Assembly (NCBI GenBank): GCA_030390025.1 | Contig: CM059433.1 | Location: forward strand, 31,250,001 to 31,314,000 | DNA: 64,000 nt | Reading direction: 5' to 3' | From: Squalus acanthias | Taxonomy: Eukaryota | Shown here: positions 25,440 to 37,200 of the stretch, piece after piece | Layout of the letters: each line of letters starts with the position of its first letter | Position numbering within the stretch: position 1 is the first letter of the stretch | Made by a program: the position numbers and the translations under genes | The notes under the pieces: model-generated | Seen by the model: only the letters and a program-made list of their open reading frames with translations | Told to the model about the DNA's origin: nothing | Databases searched by the model: none

Positions 25440-25873
25440 AGGAAAGGCTGAACAGGCTGGGGCTCTTTTCTCGAGAAAAGAGAAGGCTGAGGGGTGACCT
25501 AATGGAGGTCTTGAAGGGGTTTGATAGGGTAGATGTAGAGAAGATGTTTCCACTTGTGAGGGAGACCAAAACTAGGGGTCATAATATAAGATAGTCGCCA
25601 ATAAATCCCTTCGGGAATTCAGGAGAAATGTCCTTACCCAGAGAGTGGTGAGAATGTGGAACTCACTACCATAAGGAGTAACTGAGGTGAATAGCATGGA
25701 TGCATTTAAGGGGGTGCTAGATATGTACATGAGGGAGAAAGGAATTGGAAGGATCTGCTGATAGGCTGAGATGAAGTAGAGTGGGAGGAGGCTCATGTGG
25801 AGCATAAACACTGGCACAGACCAACTGAACCAAATGGCCTGTTTCTGTGCTGTAAATGCTGTGTAATTCTATG
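25440..25873 (+). mobile_element. CR1 3' fragment
   Basis: ERLNRLGLFSREKRRLRGDL...; 3' UTR ending AATGGCCTGTTTCTGTGCTGTAA. Confidence 0.88.
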
Positions 25874-26950
25874 CAATAAAAGAAAAGATGATCACATGTC
25901 CTATTTACCATGATAATGATCTCTCCCAAAATTAAACTTAGACTGAAACTTTTGAATACCCGAGTATTATTGATTGTGCTTTTACAAGTAGTAACCCTTA
26001 AGTTATAATTAATGGCGCCAATTGACTTTGCAGTAAAATTACCATCTTGGTAAATGCGTTAAAACATTTGAAAGGTATAATTTATCAAATTGTGATAAAA
26101 CCTTTACAGTTTGCAGTCACCCACTGCTAAACTATGCTTCCCGCTACTTGACAGGCTTTTTCTTTCTGTGCACAGCCTTTGCAAGCAAATTAAAAAGCAA
26201 TAGGCTTCAATGCCCAGCCACATCTTGCTGCAATGCCCTCTCTTCAGTATGTGTGTTCTGGTAAGATAAGATGTTGTCAATGAATCACTTAAAAAGTCAC
26301 CGTAATCCGTCCATGTCAAATACTGCTGAACTCAGGATTTAACCACCCTTTATTGCAAGCCAAGGGTCATTCTCGGGTTATGACAGAACAACAGCCATGC
26401 AAAGTCATTAGCACATCCTGTGGTGGCCACGTGAGAGACTGCCACAGTTTAATTATTATAGACAAGCAGCTACCTGGATAAAAATGGTGCGAGGTAGTGG
26501 GCTTATTTTTCAGCTGTTTGACGTGCGGCTTAGTGGGTCGTATCTGGAAATGTCTCAACAATTTTTGGTGTCTTTCTAACTAATTTCACACATTCACTCA
26601 GATGAGTTCTCAGTCTGGGTGCATTAACATTTCCACAATATTTAGCTGGCTGTTACTTAAAAGTGCAACACCTTATTGAGGATGAAATTGTGCCCAATCT
26701 GTTGAAGCAACTCTCACTTATAAGATGACATACCATTGCCACCCTATCATTTAAATTATATAATCCCTGTGTTGATGATAAAATATAAAGTTTCATTAAT
26801 TCAAAATAAATCTACAGTGCATCTAACATATTATTGAAGGTTTAATTTAATGACTGTAGACTCCTCAGGTATAAGTCCACCCAATGAGCCAGATATTTAA
26901 CTACACAATTGCTGAGTATTATGGGATCTCCTGTAACCAATGGAGATTCC

Positions 26951-27124
26951 GGGGTAAAATTCAACTTTGGCGAAGGAGGTGGGGTGCAGAATTGGCGGTA
27001 CCAGATCGGCCGTCTGTTATACACCCCGCCCAATTCTTCTTTCAATTGAAGCCAATGGAAAGGAAGATCTGCCGGGGTATATAACGAACGATTTGCACTC
27101 TCGGTGAAGTTGAATTTCAGCCCC
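26951..27124. mobile_element. ~175-bp palindromic MITE with Harbinger-type termini
   Basis: GGGGTAAAATTCAACTT / AAGTTGAATTTCAGCCCC; TCC on both flanks; internal inverted GTTATACACCCCG / CGGGGTATATAAC. Confidence 0.72.
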
Positions 27125-27149
27125 TCCATTTCTTAATATCCAGAGACTA

Positions 27150-27520
27150 GGTCACAAAATCTAGGCTGACACTCCAATGCAGTACTGAGGGAGTGCTGAA
27201 CTGTTGGCGGTGCCGTCTTTCAGATGAGACGAGAAACTGAGGTCCCGTCTGCCCTCTCTGGTGGAGATAAAAGATTTCATGGTACTATTTTGAAGAAGAG
27301 CAAGGGTATTTTCCCCGGTGTCCTAGCCAATATTTATCCCTCAGCCAACACATTATCACGTTGCTGTTTGTGGGAGCTTGCTGTGCACATATTGGCTGCG
27401 TTTCCTACATTACAACAGTGACTACACTTCAAAAGTACTTAATTGGCTGTAAAGCACTTTGGAACATTCTGATGTTGTGAAAGGTGCTATATAAATGCAA
27501 GTCTTTCTTTCTTCTTTCTT
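27150..27520 (+). mobile_element. Deu-domain SINE copy
   Basis: Homologous to 7125-7542 including the GCTATATAAATGCAAG tail. Confidence 0.75.
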
Positions 27521-27904
27521 CATTTCTATGTCTCATATGATAGCGGATTTATTTGCAACTGATCGCCCCAAAATAACTTGGATCACAACACACAAGGACA
27601 CAATCTTTGCAAATGTGCTGTACTCTTAACCAAATATAACATTATCTGTATGTCAGAAATACACTTGGCAAGCACAAATAAAGTTTTTACAAAACCCCTA
27701 GGAAAACTACTTGTTTGAGAATATCCGGTTGAGTATTTTGTTTTAATAGCACCACCGTTATTCACAAACTAAACACTTTGTAAAAGCATTGTGTTCCAGT
27801 GGAATCATGTGTGATACTTTCTCTCCCAATCTAACACCAGCTAGGAATTTTGATTTAATGTTAGGCCTTATGGCTTTTACCATTCTTTAAAACACTCTCT
27901 AATC

Positions 27905-29035
27905 CAGACTGGTGAGAATGTGGAACTCACTATCACATGGAGTAGTTGAGCCGAACAGCATAGATGCATTTAAGGAGAAGCTGGATAAGTACATGATGCA
28001 GAAAGGAAGAAAAGGTTATGCTGATAGGGTTAGATGAAGTAAGGTGGGACTAGGCTCGTGTGGGGCATAAACACTGGCATAGAAGATATCTCCACTGGCT
28101 GGAGTCATACCTAGCACAAAGGAGGATGGTTGTGGTTGTTGGAGCCCAATCGTCTCAGCCCCAGGACATCACTGCAGTAGTGGGGATGTTCGCACAGTGT
28201 TCAGTTCCATTCGCAACTCCTCAGATAACGAAGTAGTCCGTGTCCGCATGCAGCAAGACTTGGACAACATTCAGGGTTGGGCTGATAGTGGCAAGTAACA
28301 TTTGCGCCACAGAAGTGCCAGGCAATGACTAACTCCAACAAGTGAGAGTCTAACCACCTCCCCTTGACATTCAATGGCATTACCATAGCCGAATCCCCCG
28401 CCATCAACATCCTGGGGACTAGCCACATAAATACTGTGGCTACAAGGGCAGATCAGAGGCTGGGTATTCTGTGGTGAGTGTCTCACCTCCTGACTCCCCA
28501 AAGCCTTTCCACCATCTACAAGGCACAAGTCAGAAGTGTGATGGAATACTCTCCACTTGCCTGGATGAGTGCAACTCCAACAACACTCAAGAAGCTCGAC
28601 ATCATCTAAGACAAAGCAGCCCGTTTGATTGGCACCCCATCCACCACCACTTTAGACATTCACTCCCTCCACCACTGGCATACCATGGCTACAGTGTGTA
28701 CCATCTACAAGATGAACTGCAACAACTTGTCAAGGCTTCTTCGACAGAACCTTCAAAACCCACGTAGAAGGACAAGGGCAGTAGGCGCATGGCAATGCCA
28801 CCATCTCCAAGTCACATAACATCCTGACTTAGAAACATATCGCCGTTGCGTCATCGTCACTAGGTCAAAATCCTGGAACTCCCTCCATAACAGCACTGTG
28901 GGAGTACCTTCACCACACTGATTGCAGCGGTTCAAGAAGGCGGATCACCACCACCTTCTCAAGGGCAATTAGGGATGGGCAATAAATGCTGGCTTTGCCA
29001 GGAGATGCCCACATCCTGTGAATGAATTAGAAAAA
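27905..29035 (+). mobile_element. CR1 3' fragment (27905-28082) abutting the 3' part of a second CR1/L2-clade LINE family (28088-29035)
   Basis: Second family: HWLESYLAQR, IYKAQVRSVMEY, tail TAGGGATGGGCAATAAATGCTGGC; homologues at 39455-40786 and 60580-61262. Confidence 0.8.
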
Positions 29036-29433
29036 ATAGACCAGTTGGGTTGAATGGCCAGCTGCTGTGCCATAAAGTCTATGTAATTAAGGTTCTTGCA
29101 CTCTTCTAAATGAAGCAGAAAATAAACAGTAGATAAAGTAGGATTAATTTTAACAGTATCAGGAAGATAACTGTATCTGTAAAAATATAACATTCAATGC
29201 ACTGATAACCCCCTGAATAAATGTACTGTGCGATCCAATGCTGAGCACTAAGCAAGGCTCCAGGTTCAACCGCTAATCTGTCCTGTTAGATCTCAGCTAG
29301 AACGTCAGCAGGAGAGCTGTAACTGGCCTCAGTAACCCTGGCCTAAGACTGTGAGACAATTAGAGGGTGTGACCAGGGAAGCTCACTGTAATTGGCATTC
29401 CCTTTGGAATCTTGCATGTGTGCATCTTGGTGA

Positions 29434-30248
29434 TAGGGTTGCCATCCCTCCTGGATTGTCTGGGAGTCACCCGGAATGGGGCATGAATCTCCCGGGCACT
29501 GTTGCTCGCAGCCCGGGAGAATGCGGCCCTTTAAATTTCTTTACACAGGAGCAGGCCCCATCTTCCCTGCTCCATGATGTCACCAGTTGCCGTCGCAGAG
29601 AAACTTCTGTCTCTGACTGAGGCTCCCAGTTCGGAGTTGGCACCTTCACACAAAACCCGAGTCCAAACCAGAATACAAGGAGCTAGTGAGAGAGATGGGA
29701 CCTGTTAAAAGTGGTATTGACTGTAGAGTCTGACCGCATCTTGTGCAGTGCAAGTTGACTCTGGCTGTAGTTACAGGGTGAATATCAGCAGGTTATACGA
29801 TTATTGCCAGTTACAGGTAGGATATCGAGGTGGTACACCTATTACATATAGACAATCAGTGAGTTATTGTACTACTGTTGGTTATGAGGGGAATCTGAGT
29901 GTTACCAGTATTACTATCAGTTATCGGTACAATTTCAGTGAGTTACTATTAGTTACTGGTAGAATCAAAGTTCTTCCTACCTCTGGCTTCCCCCCCTGAG
30001 AATCCATCCCCCACCTTTGGCTTCCCCTCTTCCGCCCTCGCTTTCTCTTCTTCGCCTGCTTGTGGGTGGTCTCCTGGTTCTTGGAACTTTGCGCACAGCA
30101 GCTGCTGGTGTGACACCGCGATTAAAGATATTCAACTACAAGGGACCCAACTGTTGACGTAAATGCAATAATATTTGCAGATGTCACGTGATCAGACGTC
30201 ACATGATCAAACCTCCAGGAATACTTCCAACCAGAGTTGCCAACCCTA
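29434..30248. mobile_element. Non-autonomous DNA transposon, TAGGGTTGCCA termini, apparent 6-bp TSD (hAT-like)
   Basis: TAGGGTTGCCA ... TGCCAACCCTA; flanks TGGTGA / CGGTGA. Confidence 0.7.
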
Positions 30249-30274
30249 CGGTGAGGACAGGATTGTGCCGAACT

Positions 30275-30630
30275 CTAAACACAAACAGAAACACTCATCA
30301 GGTCAGTCAGCGTCTGCGCAGAGAACAGATGAGTAAACGTTTCAGGTGTAGACCCATCATCAGTATTAGTCTGAAGTTATTAAGTCAATATTAAGGCCAG
30401 AGGACTTCAATCTGCCGAATTAAAATAAAAGATAAGATGCTGTTTCATGAGCTTGCGTTGGGCTTCATTGGAACACATTAGAAGGCCAAAGACAGAGAAG
30501 TCAGAGAGGGAGTGTGACGGGGAATTGAGGTGGCAAAAGGCAAACGTTAACTGATCTGCTCTCTCCACAGATGCTGACTGACCTGCTGACGGTTTAGTGC
30601 TTTTTCTGGTCTTGTTTCAGATTTCCAGCA
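30275..30630 (-). mobile_element. Short Penelope-like remnant with inverted pseudo-LTR pieces
   Basis: pLTR on the minus strand at 30275-30367; ORF 3' piece 30410-30535 similar to 35810-35930; inverted pLTR piece 30541-30630. Confidence 0.7.
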
Positions 30631-31186
30631 GCTTAGCCACACTCAGATAGACAGAAGATGTTGACACTTGGGTGAAGTACCCGAGAGCCAGAGGCACCTG
30701 TTGAACTTTACCTGATTATGAATCACAGAGGAGCGGAAAGGGAAGAAAAGAAATGAGTATTGAAAAGTGTGTATATTGCCTTGGTCTCCTTGCACATCCT
30801 GTGCTATAATTATTTATCATCATTAAATTGGTGATGGAAAAAATAAATTGTATATCAAAATGAAAACCTGTCCAAATAATATTCAGATGAAATGTATTAT
30901 CTTTGATGTTTAATTAGCTGCAGCTCCAGTTTAATGTGCTACTTGTTAATCAGTTTCAGTGCTACATAAATCGTACCCCGACATGGCTGGTTACAAATAA
31001 GCTTGTTAAATAATTTATATGATTTATAATGTGCCAATTTTGTGCTCTGATTTAAGTACTTTGGGAACCAAGCTAATTTGTTCATTATACTGTCATTGTG
31101 TACGCTTTGAAATAATGGAATGAAGAAGCACTATAAGACAGAAGAAAAGAGGCCTGGGCTTGAAGATATGCACAAACAGAACCATT

Positions 31187-34100
31187 GGGCTGGATTATGA
31201 TTCAGGGGCGGGCTGGGGTCGTGTAATCCGCATTTCGTGTTAGCCACCCAAATCTAAATCGATGTGGGAGATTGATGCGATTTTAACATAATTGGCCAAT
31301 TGAGTTCCAACGTGTGGGAACCCATGGCCAGTGAGTTTTTCCAGTCTGAAAGTCGCTTCGATGACGTCATCATTGCTGCAGCATTTAAGGTCTGCAACAA
31401 GCCTTGCTTCCTCTGCAGACTGCCAAGCTTCTGCCTTTGCATGTTAGAGGCACCTGCAGGAAGAATGGCCAGCCAGAGACCTAGGTCTGCACCTCGATTT
31501 GATGACGTCACCCTGCAAGCTTTAATTGAGGGAGCCAGAGCTAATAAGGAGGTGCTCTTCCCTTCTTCAGGGAGGAAGAAGCCTTCCCATCAAACCAAGG
31601 CTGTGTCGATCCAGGTGGCAGAGGAGTTTTCCATAACCCGCAGAACCTGGCTTCAGTGCAGGAAGAGGTTTCATGACCTGCTGCGCACTGGAAAAGTGAG
31701 TATGAATTTCCCATCACCCTCATTCTGATCTCCATTGCCTCTCCTCACCAGCACCCAGCTTTGACAACCTCTTCCTCCACATCCCACTTGACACTGACAT
31801 CCCTGCACCCTTACCCATTCCCTCTCTCTGTATGGTCACATTCACCTAACTATTCGACTATGCAGCCCTCACACTCCCTATCGCTGTGATGCTGTGAAAA
31901 CAACTTACAAAACACAGGGAGGGCCCATGGTCTTGCCACCTCACTCTGAATTTGTCTCCTTCTAACCATCAATGATATAGATTCTCTACACTCACTCCTT
32001 CATTCTCACTCAAACTCCACTTGTCTCCCTCATTGCAGGAAAAGAGAGCTCACAATAAGAGGGAAAGAGCGAGGACAGGAGGAGGGCCACCCTCAGTAGC
32101 CCAGCTCACCACCTGGGAGGAGGCGGTCCTGGAGATCATGGGAGTGGAGGAGGATGCGCAAGTGGGGGACGGACAGACAGGTGCATCAGAGCAAGCTGGT
32201 GACTGAATAGTTTATCATCTCTCTTATTGACATTGCATGAGTCACTGATAATGATTCTGATGCTCCAGCAGACTGACTTATGATCATCTGCAATATGCAA
32301 TGTGCATGTAACCTTGGACTCACATCTCTGACTCTTTCCTTTACACCCCCCCCCCCTCCGAGGACCATCGCGAGCAGCCGTCCCCACCGTCCAGGAGGAA
32401 GAGCATGAGCCTCACCACTCCTCAGAGGAAGCTGCAATCTCTGAGGGCGCCGCGTCAGCAGAATTCAGCGCACACAGCACCAGCGCAGACACTCACACCT
32501 CGGAGGGAACATCGCGAGATAGAGTAGTGTTGTCACCTGGTGTATCACAGCTCACAAGTGAGCATCAGCAGATAGTGGAGACAGGGACAGCAGTGGAGAG
32601 TCCTAGTCGGAGGGTGCAGGACTCTCCTAGCTCGGCTCAGCTGCATGTCGACCCTCTGCCTCTGGGTCCATCCATAAGATCAGCGGTGCTGGAACTCCAG
32701 GAACAGATGCAGGAGTCTCTGCCAGGTTTTGTCTCCAGGGTCGCTGCGAGTGTGGAGCGAATGGAGGAGTCCATAGCAAACATGAGCAGAGCCTTTGCGG
32801 AGTCATTGGCAGTGAACGCATCACCACAGAAAGGATGGCAACCTCCGTGGAAAGGATGGCTACAGTAGAGGAGAGGATGGCTACGGCTATGGAGGAGATA
32901 AGTCACCAGAGTGTAGAAAACATGGTCATTGTTCAGAATAGACTGGCATCTCTTGAGGAGCGATGGTCATCTGTTGAGCACAGAAACCAGACCTTCATGG
33001 AAGTCCTTCTGAGTAGGACTTCCAGTGCAGATACGGGTCCTCATGGCCCCCCTGATGTGCAGCAAGGTGCTCTCAATCCACTTGCAAGCGCTCAGGTGGG
33101 GCTGACCCATGAGAGGGATGTTGGTGGCAGACAACAAGGAAGTGGGGGCTCCTCTCCAAGCGCTCACACGACCAAGCCACTGCAAAGCCCTCGGTCAGAG
33201 CCCCACCAGAGTCCTCACCCAACTGAGATCGGCGTCTCAACCCCTGCACAGACGCAGGAGCAGAAGACTGTTGCCGAGCCCTCACAGGCTCGCAACCCCA
33301 GAGGACGCCCGCCAAAGGTGTCGAGGCAGGAGCAGCAAGAAAGTGAGCAAGGGGCCTCCATATCTGCTGAAGCCACAGGGGAAGCACCACGTAGGAGCAC
33401 GCGTAAAAGAAAAATAATGCACAAGTAGTCACGAGGGTAGTCACTTGGGTGTAATGTTGTGTTTAATCTTGAAATGCCAGCACTTGCTTGGTGTGATTAA
33501 AAATTCTGCTGGCAAACTGCTGAGTTGTGGCGTCTGTCATTTCGCAAATGGGACTTCCACATTGAGGGCTTAGGATGACTTGCAATTGTCAGTGTGGTGG
33601 TCAGAGTGATAGGAATCCGCAGGTTCCTAGCCATTGTCGATGGTCTGATAAGAAGGTGCGAGGCAAAAGTGTTTCATTGTGCAGGCTAAGCAAATCTGGT
33701 CAAGTGCGTCCCTTGCATCTCGGGCAGAAATGTAGTCGCGCGCTGGCGCCTTCTGGCCTGTACAGCTTCAGGTGGGTGAGGAGCAGCTTGGCACTCCTGT
33801 TGATGCTGCTGCTGCTGGTGGTGCTGTTGTTCAGGGTTCTGCTGCTGCCACGGCTGGTCTTCGTCCGAGTCTGATGTCCAGGAGGAAAGGAAATAAATGG
33901 TTCCCATGCTTCTGGTATATGCCTCAGTTGAGGAAGCGCTCAGTCAAGGTGGCGAGAGGTGTTTCCCAGGAGGTCACACTGGAGATAGGTGTCAGGCTCC
34001 AAACTTCCACAGCTGCGGTTATGCCATATAAAAGTTCCCCCAGACCTCAGACAACAAAGTCCTGCCAACTGCAAATGATGGCTGATCACATCTCCTATTT

Positions 34101-34436
34101 CATGGTTGAGCTGAAGCTGATAGTCAGCAATCTAAATGTGCTACCACCAGGTTTCACATTCGTGGTTCAGAACAGGCGTGCTTCACGTGGAAAAAGGGTT
34201 AAAATCACAAAGGCCTTTCAAAATGGCATTATAGAGGCAATTTAGTGCTTGTTAAGGGCCTTAACGGCCTATCCCGCCTCTTGGAGGCGGGACGGATTCG
34301 GATCAGCAGACACGATTTAATGAAAATTGCGTGGAGGCGGGATGGAGGCGGGCTTGTGTCCACCCACCAGTTTTTGCAATTTTAACCCCCCACACTCCTC
34401 CAAACCCGCCTCCACGGGTCAATGAAAATTCTGCCC
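31187..34436. mobile_element. Myb-only Harbinger element with both ends and a perfect ATT TSD
   Basis: GGGCTGGATTATGA ... TGAAAATTCTGCCC; ATT at 31184-31186 and 34437-34439; Myb gene on +, transposase reduced to ~33686-33907 on -. Confidence 0.88.
31465..33428 (+). pseudogene. Harbinger Myb/SANT-like gene, exons 31465-31695, 32039-32198, ~32363-33428; one frameshift near 32825
   Basis: MASQRPRSAPRFDDVTLQALIEG...WLQCRKRFHDLLRTGK|EKRAHNKRERARTGGGPP...; same intron phases (0, 1) as the 11705 gene; coiled-coil-like (V/E)ERMA repeats; C-terminal PRRSTRKRK. Confidence 0.85.
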
Positions 34437-34524
34437 ATTGTATCAACTTTTGTTTCTGTAGACCAAGCTTTGTTTGTGGTTTACAGGAACGAGTACAGTT
34501 TAGTCAGGTAGAAATTGGCTTGGC

Positions 34525-37200
34525 AAAAGCAAAATACTGCGGATGCTGGAATTCTGAAATAAAAACAGAAAATGCTGGAAATACTCAGCAGGTCAGGCAG
34601 CATCCGTGGAGAGAGAAACAAAGTTAACGGGCTGAATTTTGATACTGGGGACGTGATGGAGGCGGGACTCCCACTTTTTGGGTTGTAGTCCCGCCTCCAT
34701 CGACTTGTGGCCAACCCACTGTATTTTCACTTGATTGACCGTGTTGAGCCCGCCCAGCGAGCTCAGCAGGCCAATCAAGGGCCACCCGGCAACAGGTGAC
34801 GTCACAGATTGACATTTCATCTGTCAAGAGCTTTTGACAGATGAAATATCAGCGTTTGACAGCTCTGTGAAGCTGTCAAACACTGACAATCTGTCTTCTA
34901 ACTTGAGTCCTTCCTCTCAGGCTGAGTTAGAAATCATTCCAGCACAGAAAGCAGAAGGCTGCAGTTTTTGACAGCACCACAGCCATTGTGCTTTCTGTGC
35001 CGGTGAGATTTCTGACTCCCGAGACCTGAAGGGCTGACACCTGCAGGAGGAAGTTAAGGTAAGTAAAACTTTTTCCCACACTTAGCACTTACCTTACACA
35101 CTTACCTCTGCACACATGCACCCATCACTCACCTGCCCACCGGACATATCGACCCCTCCAACCCCTGCAGACCCACGGTCCGCCTCGCTAACTTGGCGTG
35201 GTTGGGACCTGTCGGGAAGCCCACATTTCAGCTTTTAAAATAGGGATTCGGCAAAAAACTGCCTGTTAACTACCTGTCAACAGGCAGTTAATTGTCACTA
35301 ATCCCCTTCCTGCCTCAGGGAGGCGAGTCCCAGCACAGGTCGGGTACCCGCCTCCATCGAAACTGGCATGGAGGCGGGTTGGGGGCGGGATGGATTCGGG
35401 ACCCCCGAATCTGCAACTTTAACCCCCCACACGCCTCCAAACCCGCCTCCACGGGTCAATGAAAATCCAGCCCAACGTTTCAGGTCGATGACCTTTTTTC
35501 AGAACTGGAAAAAGTTAGAGATGTAACAGGTTTTAAGCAAGTGCAGAGGCAGGGAAAGGGGGAGGGCAGGAAAGAACAAAAGGGAAAGTCTGTGTAGGGT
35601 GGAAGGCAGGAGAGATTGAATGACCAAATGGATGATGGTGCAAGGCAAAAGGAGATAGTAATGAGACAAGTAAAGAAACAAAGAAATGGGTCTAGAGGAG
35701 GAGCAAATGGAATATCAGAATCATCAGCAACAGCTGCTGTCCGAAAAAGTGGGGGCAGAGACTATGATCTGAAATTGTTGAACTTAATGTTGAGTCTGGA
35801 AGGCTGTCAAGTGCCTAATAGAAAGATGAGGTGCTGTTCCTCGAGCTTACGTTGAGCTTCATTGGAATTGTGTAGGAGGCTAAGGATAGAGAGATCAGAG
35901 TGGGAGTGGGGTGGAGTATTAAAATGACAGGCAACTTAGGTTCACGCTTGCAGACTGAACAGAGGTGTTCCGCAAAGCCGTCACCCAATCTGCGTTGGGT
36001 CTCCCCAGTGTAGAGGAGACCGCATCGTGAGCAGCGAATACAGTATTCTAAATTGAAATATGTACAAGTAAATCACTGTTTCACCTGGAAGGAGTGTTTG
36101 GGGCCCTGGAAGGTGGGAAGGGAGGAGGTGAAACAGCAGGTGTTGCATCTCCTGCACTTGGTCGGGAAGGTGCCGTGGGAAGGGGAGTGGGTGTTGGTGG
36201 TGATTAAGGAGTGCACCAGAGTGTCGCAGAGGGAATGGTCCCTTCAGAATGCTGAAAGGGAAGGGGGGGGGGGGAAGATGTGTTTAGTGGTGGGATCACG
36301 CTGGAGGTGGTGGAAATGGTGGAGGATGATCCATTGAATGTGGAGGCTGGTGGGGTAGAAGGTGAGGACAAGGGGATCCCTATCGGTTCTGGGAGGGAGG
36401 GGAAGGGGTGAGAGCAGAAGTGCAGGAAATGGAATGGACATAGTTGAGGGCCCCGTCAACCACGGAGGAGGGAATCCTCGGTTGAGGAAAAAGGAAGACA
36501 TATCCGTAGCACTGGTATGGAATGCTGCATCGTTGGAACAGATGCATCGCAGATGGAGAAACAGGGAGAGTGGAATAGAGTCCTTACAGGAAGTGGGGTG
36601 GGAGGAAGTATTGTCAAGGTAGCTGTTGGAGTCATTGGGCCTATAGTAGATGTTGGTCGATAGCCTATCCCCAGAGATGGAGACAGAGAAGTCGAGGAAG
36701 GGACGAGTCAGAGATGGACCATGTGAAGGCAAGGGAAGGGTGGAAATTGGAATCAAAGCAAATGAAATTTTCTAGTTCAGGGTGAGAGCAGGAAATGGCA
36801 GTCATCAATGTACCGGAAAAAGAGGTGAGGAGGGGACCTTAGTAGGACTGGAAAGAATGTTCCACATATCCCACGAAAAGGCAGGCATAGCTAGGGCCCA
36901 TGCGGGTTCCCATAGCAACACCTTTAATTTGGAGGAAGTGAGTGGAGTCAAAGGAGAAGTTGTTCAATGTGAGAACAAGTTCAGCCAGGTGGAGGAGGGT
37001 GGTGGTGGATGGGACTGGTTGGGCCTCCATTCAGGGAAGAAGCGGAGAGCCCTCAGGCCGTTCTGGTGGGGAATGGAGGTGTAGAGGGACTGGGCGTCCA
37101 TGGTGAAAAGGAGACGGTTGGGGCCAGGAAACTGGAAACTGTTAAAGTGGCGGAGGGTGCTGGAAGAGTCGCGGATGTAGGCAGAGAGAGACTGGAAAAG
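34525..37200 (-). mobile_element. Penelope-like retroelement (RT + GIY-YIG, decayed) with 3' pseudo-LTR, interrupted by a MITE
   Basis: QIKGVAMGTRMGPSYACLFVG; SSHPTSCKDSIP...LRCICS; NLEYCIRCSRCGLLYTGETQRRLGDGFAEH at ~35950-36055. Confidence 0.88.
34629..35473. mobile_element. Harbinger-type MITE with a perfect AAC TSD
   Basis: GGGCTGAATTTTGA / TGAAAATCCAGCCC; AAC at 34626-34628 and 35474-35476; right end nearly identical to that of 31187-34436. Confidence 0.9.
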
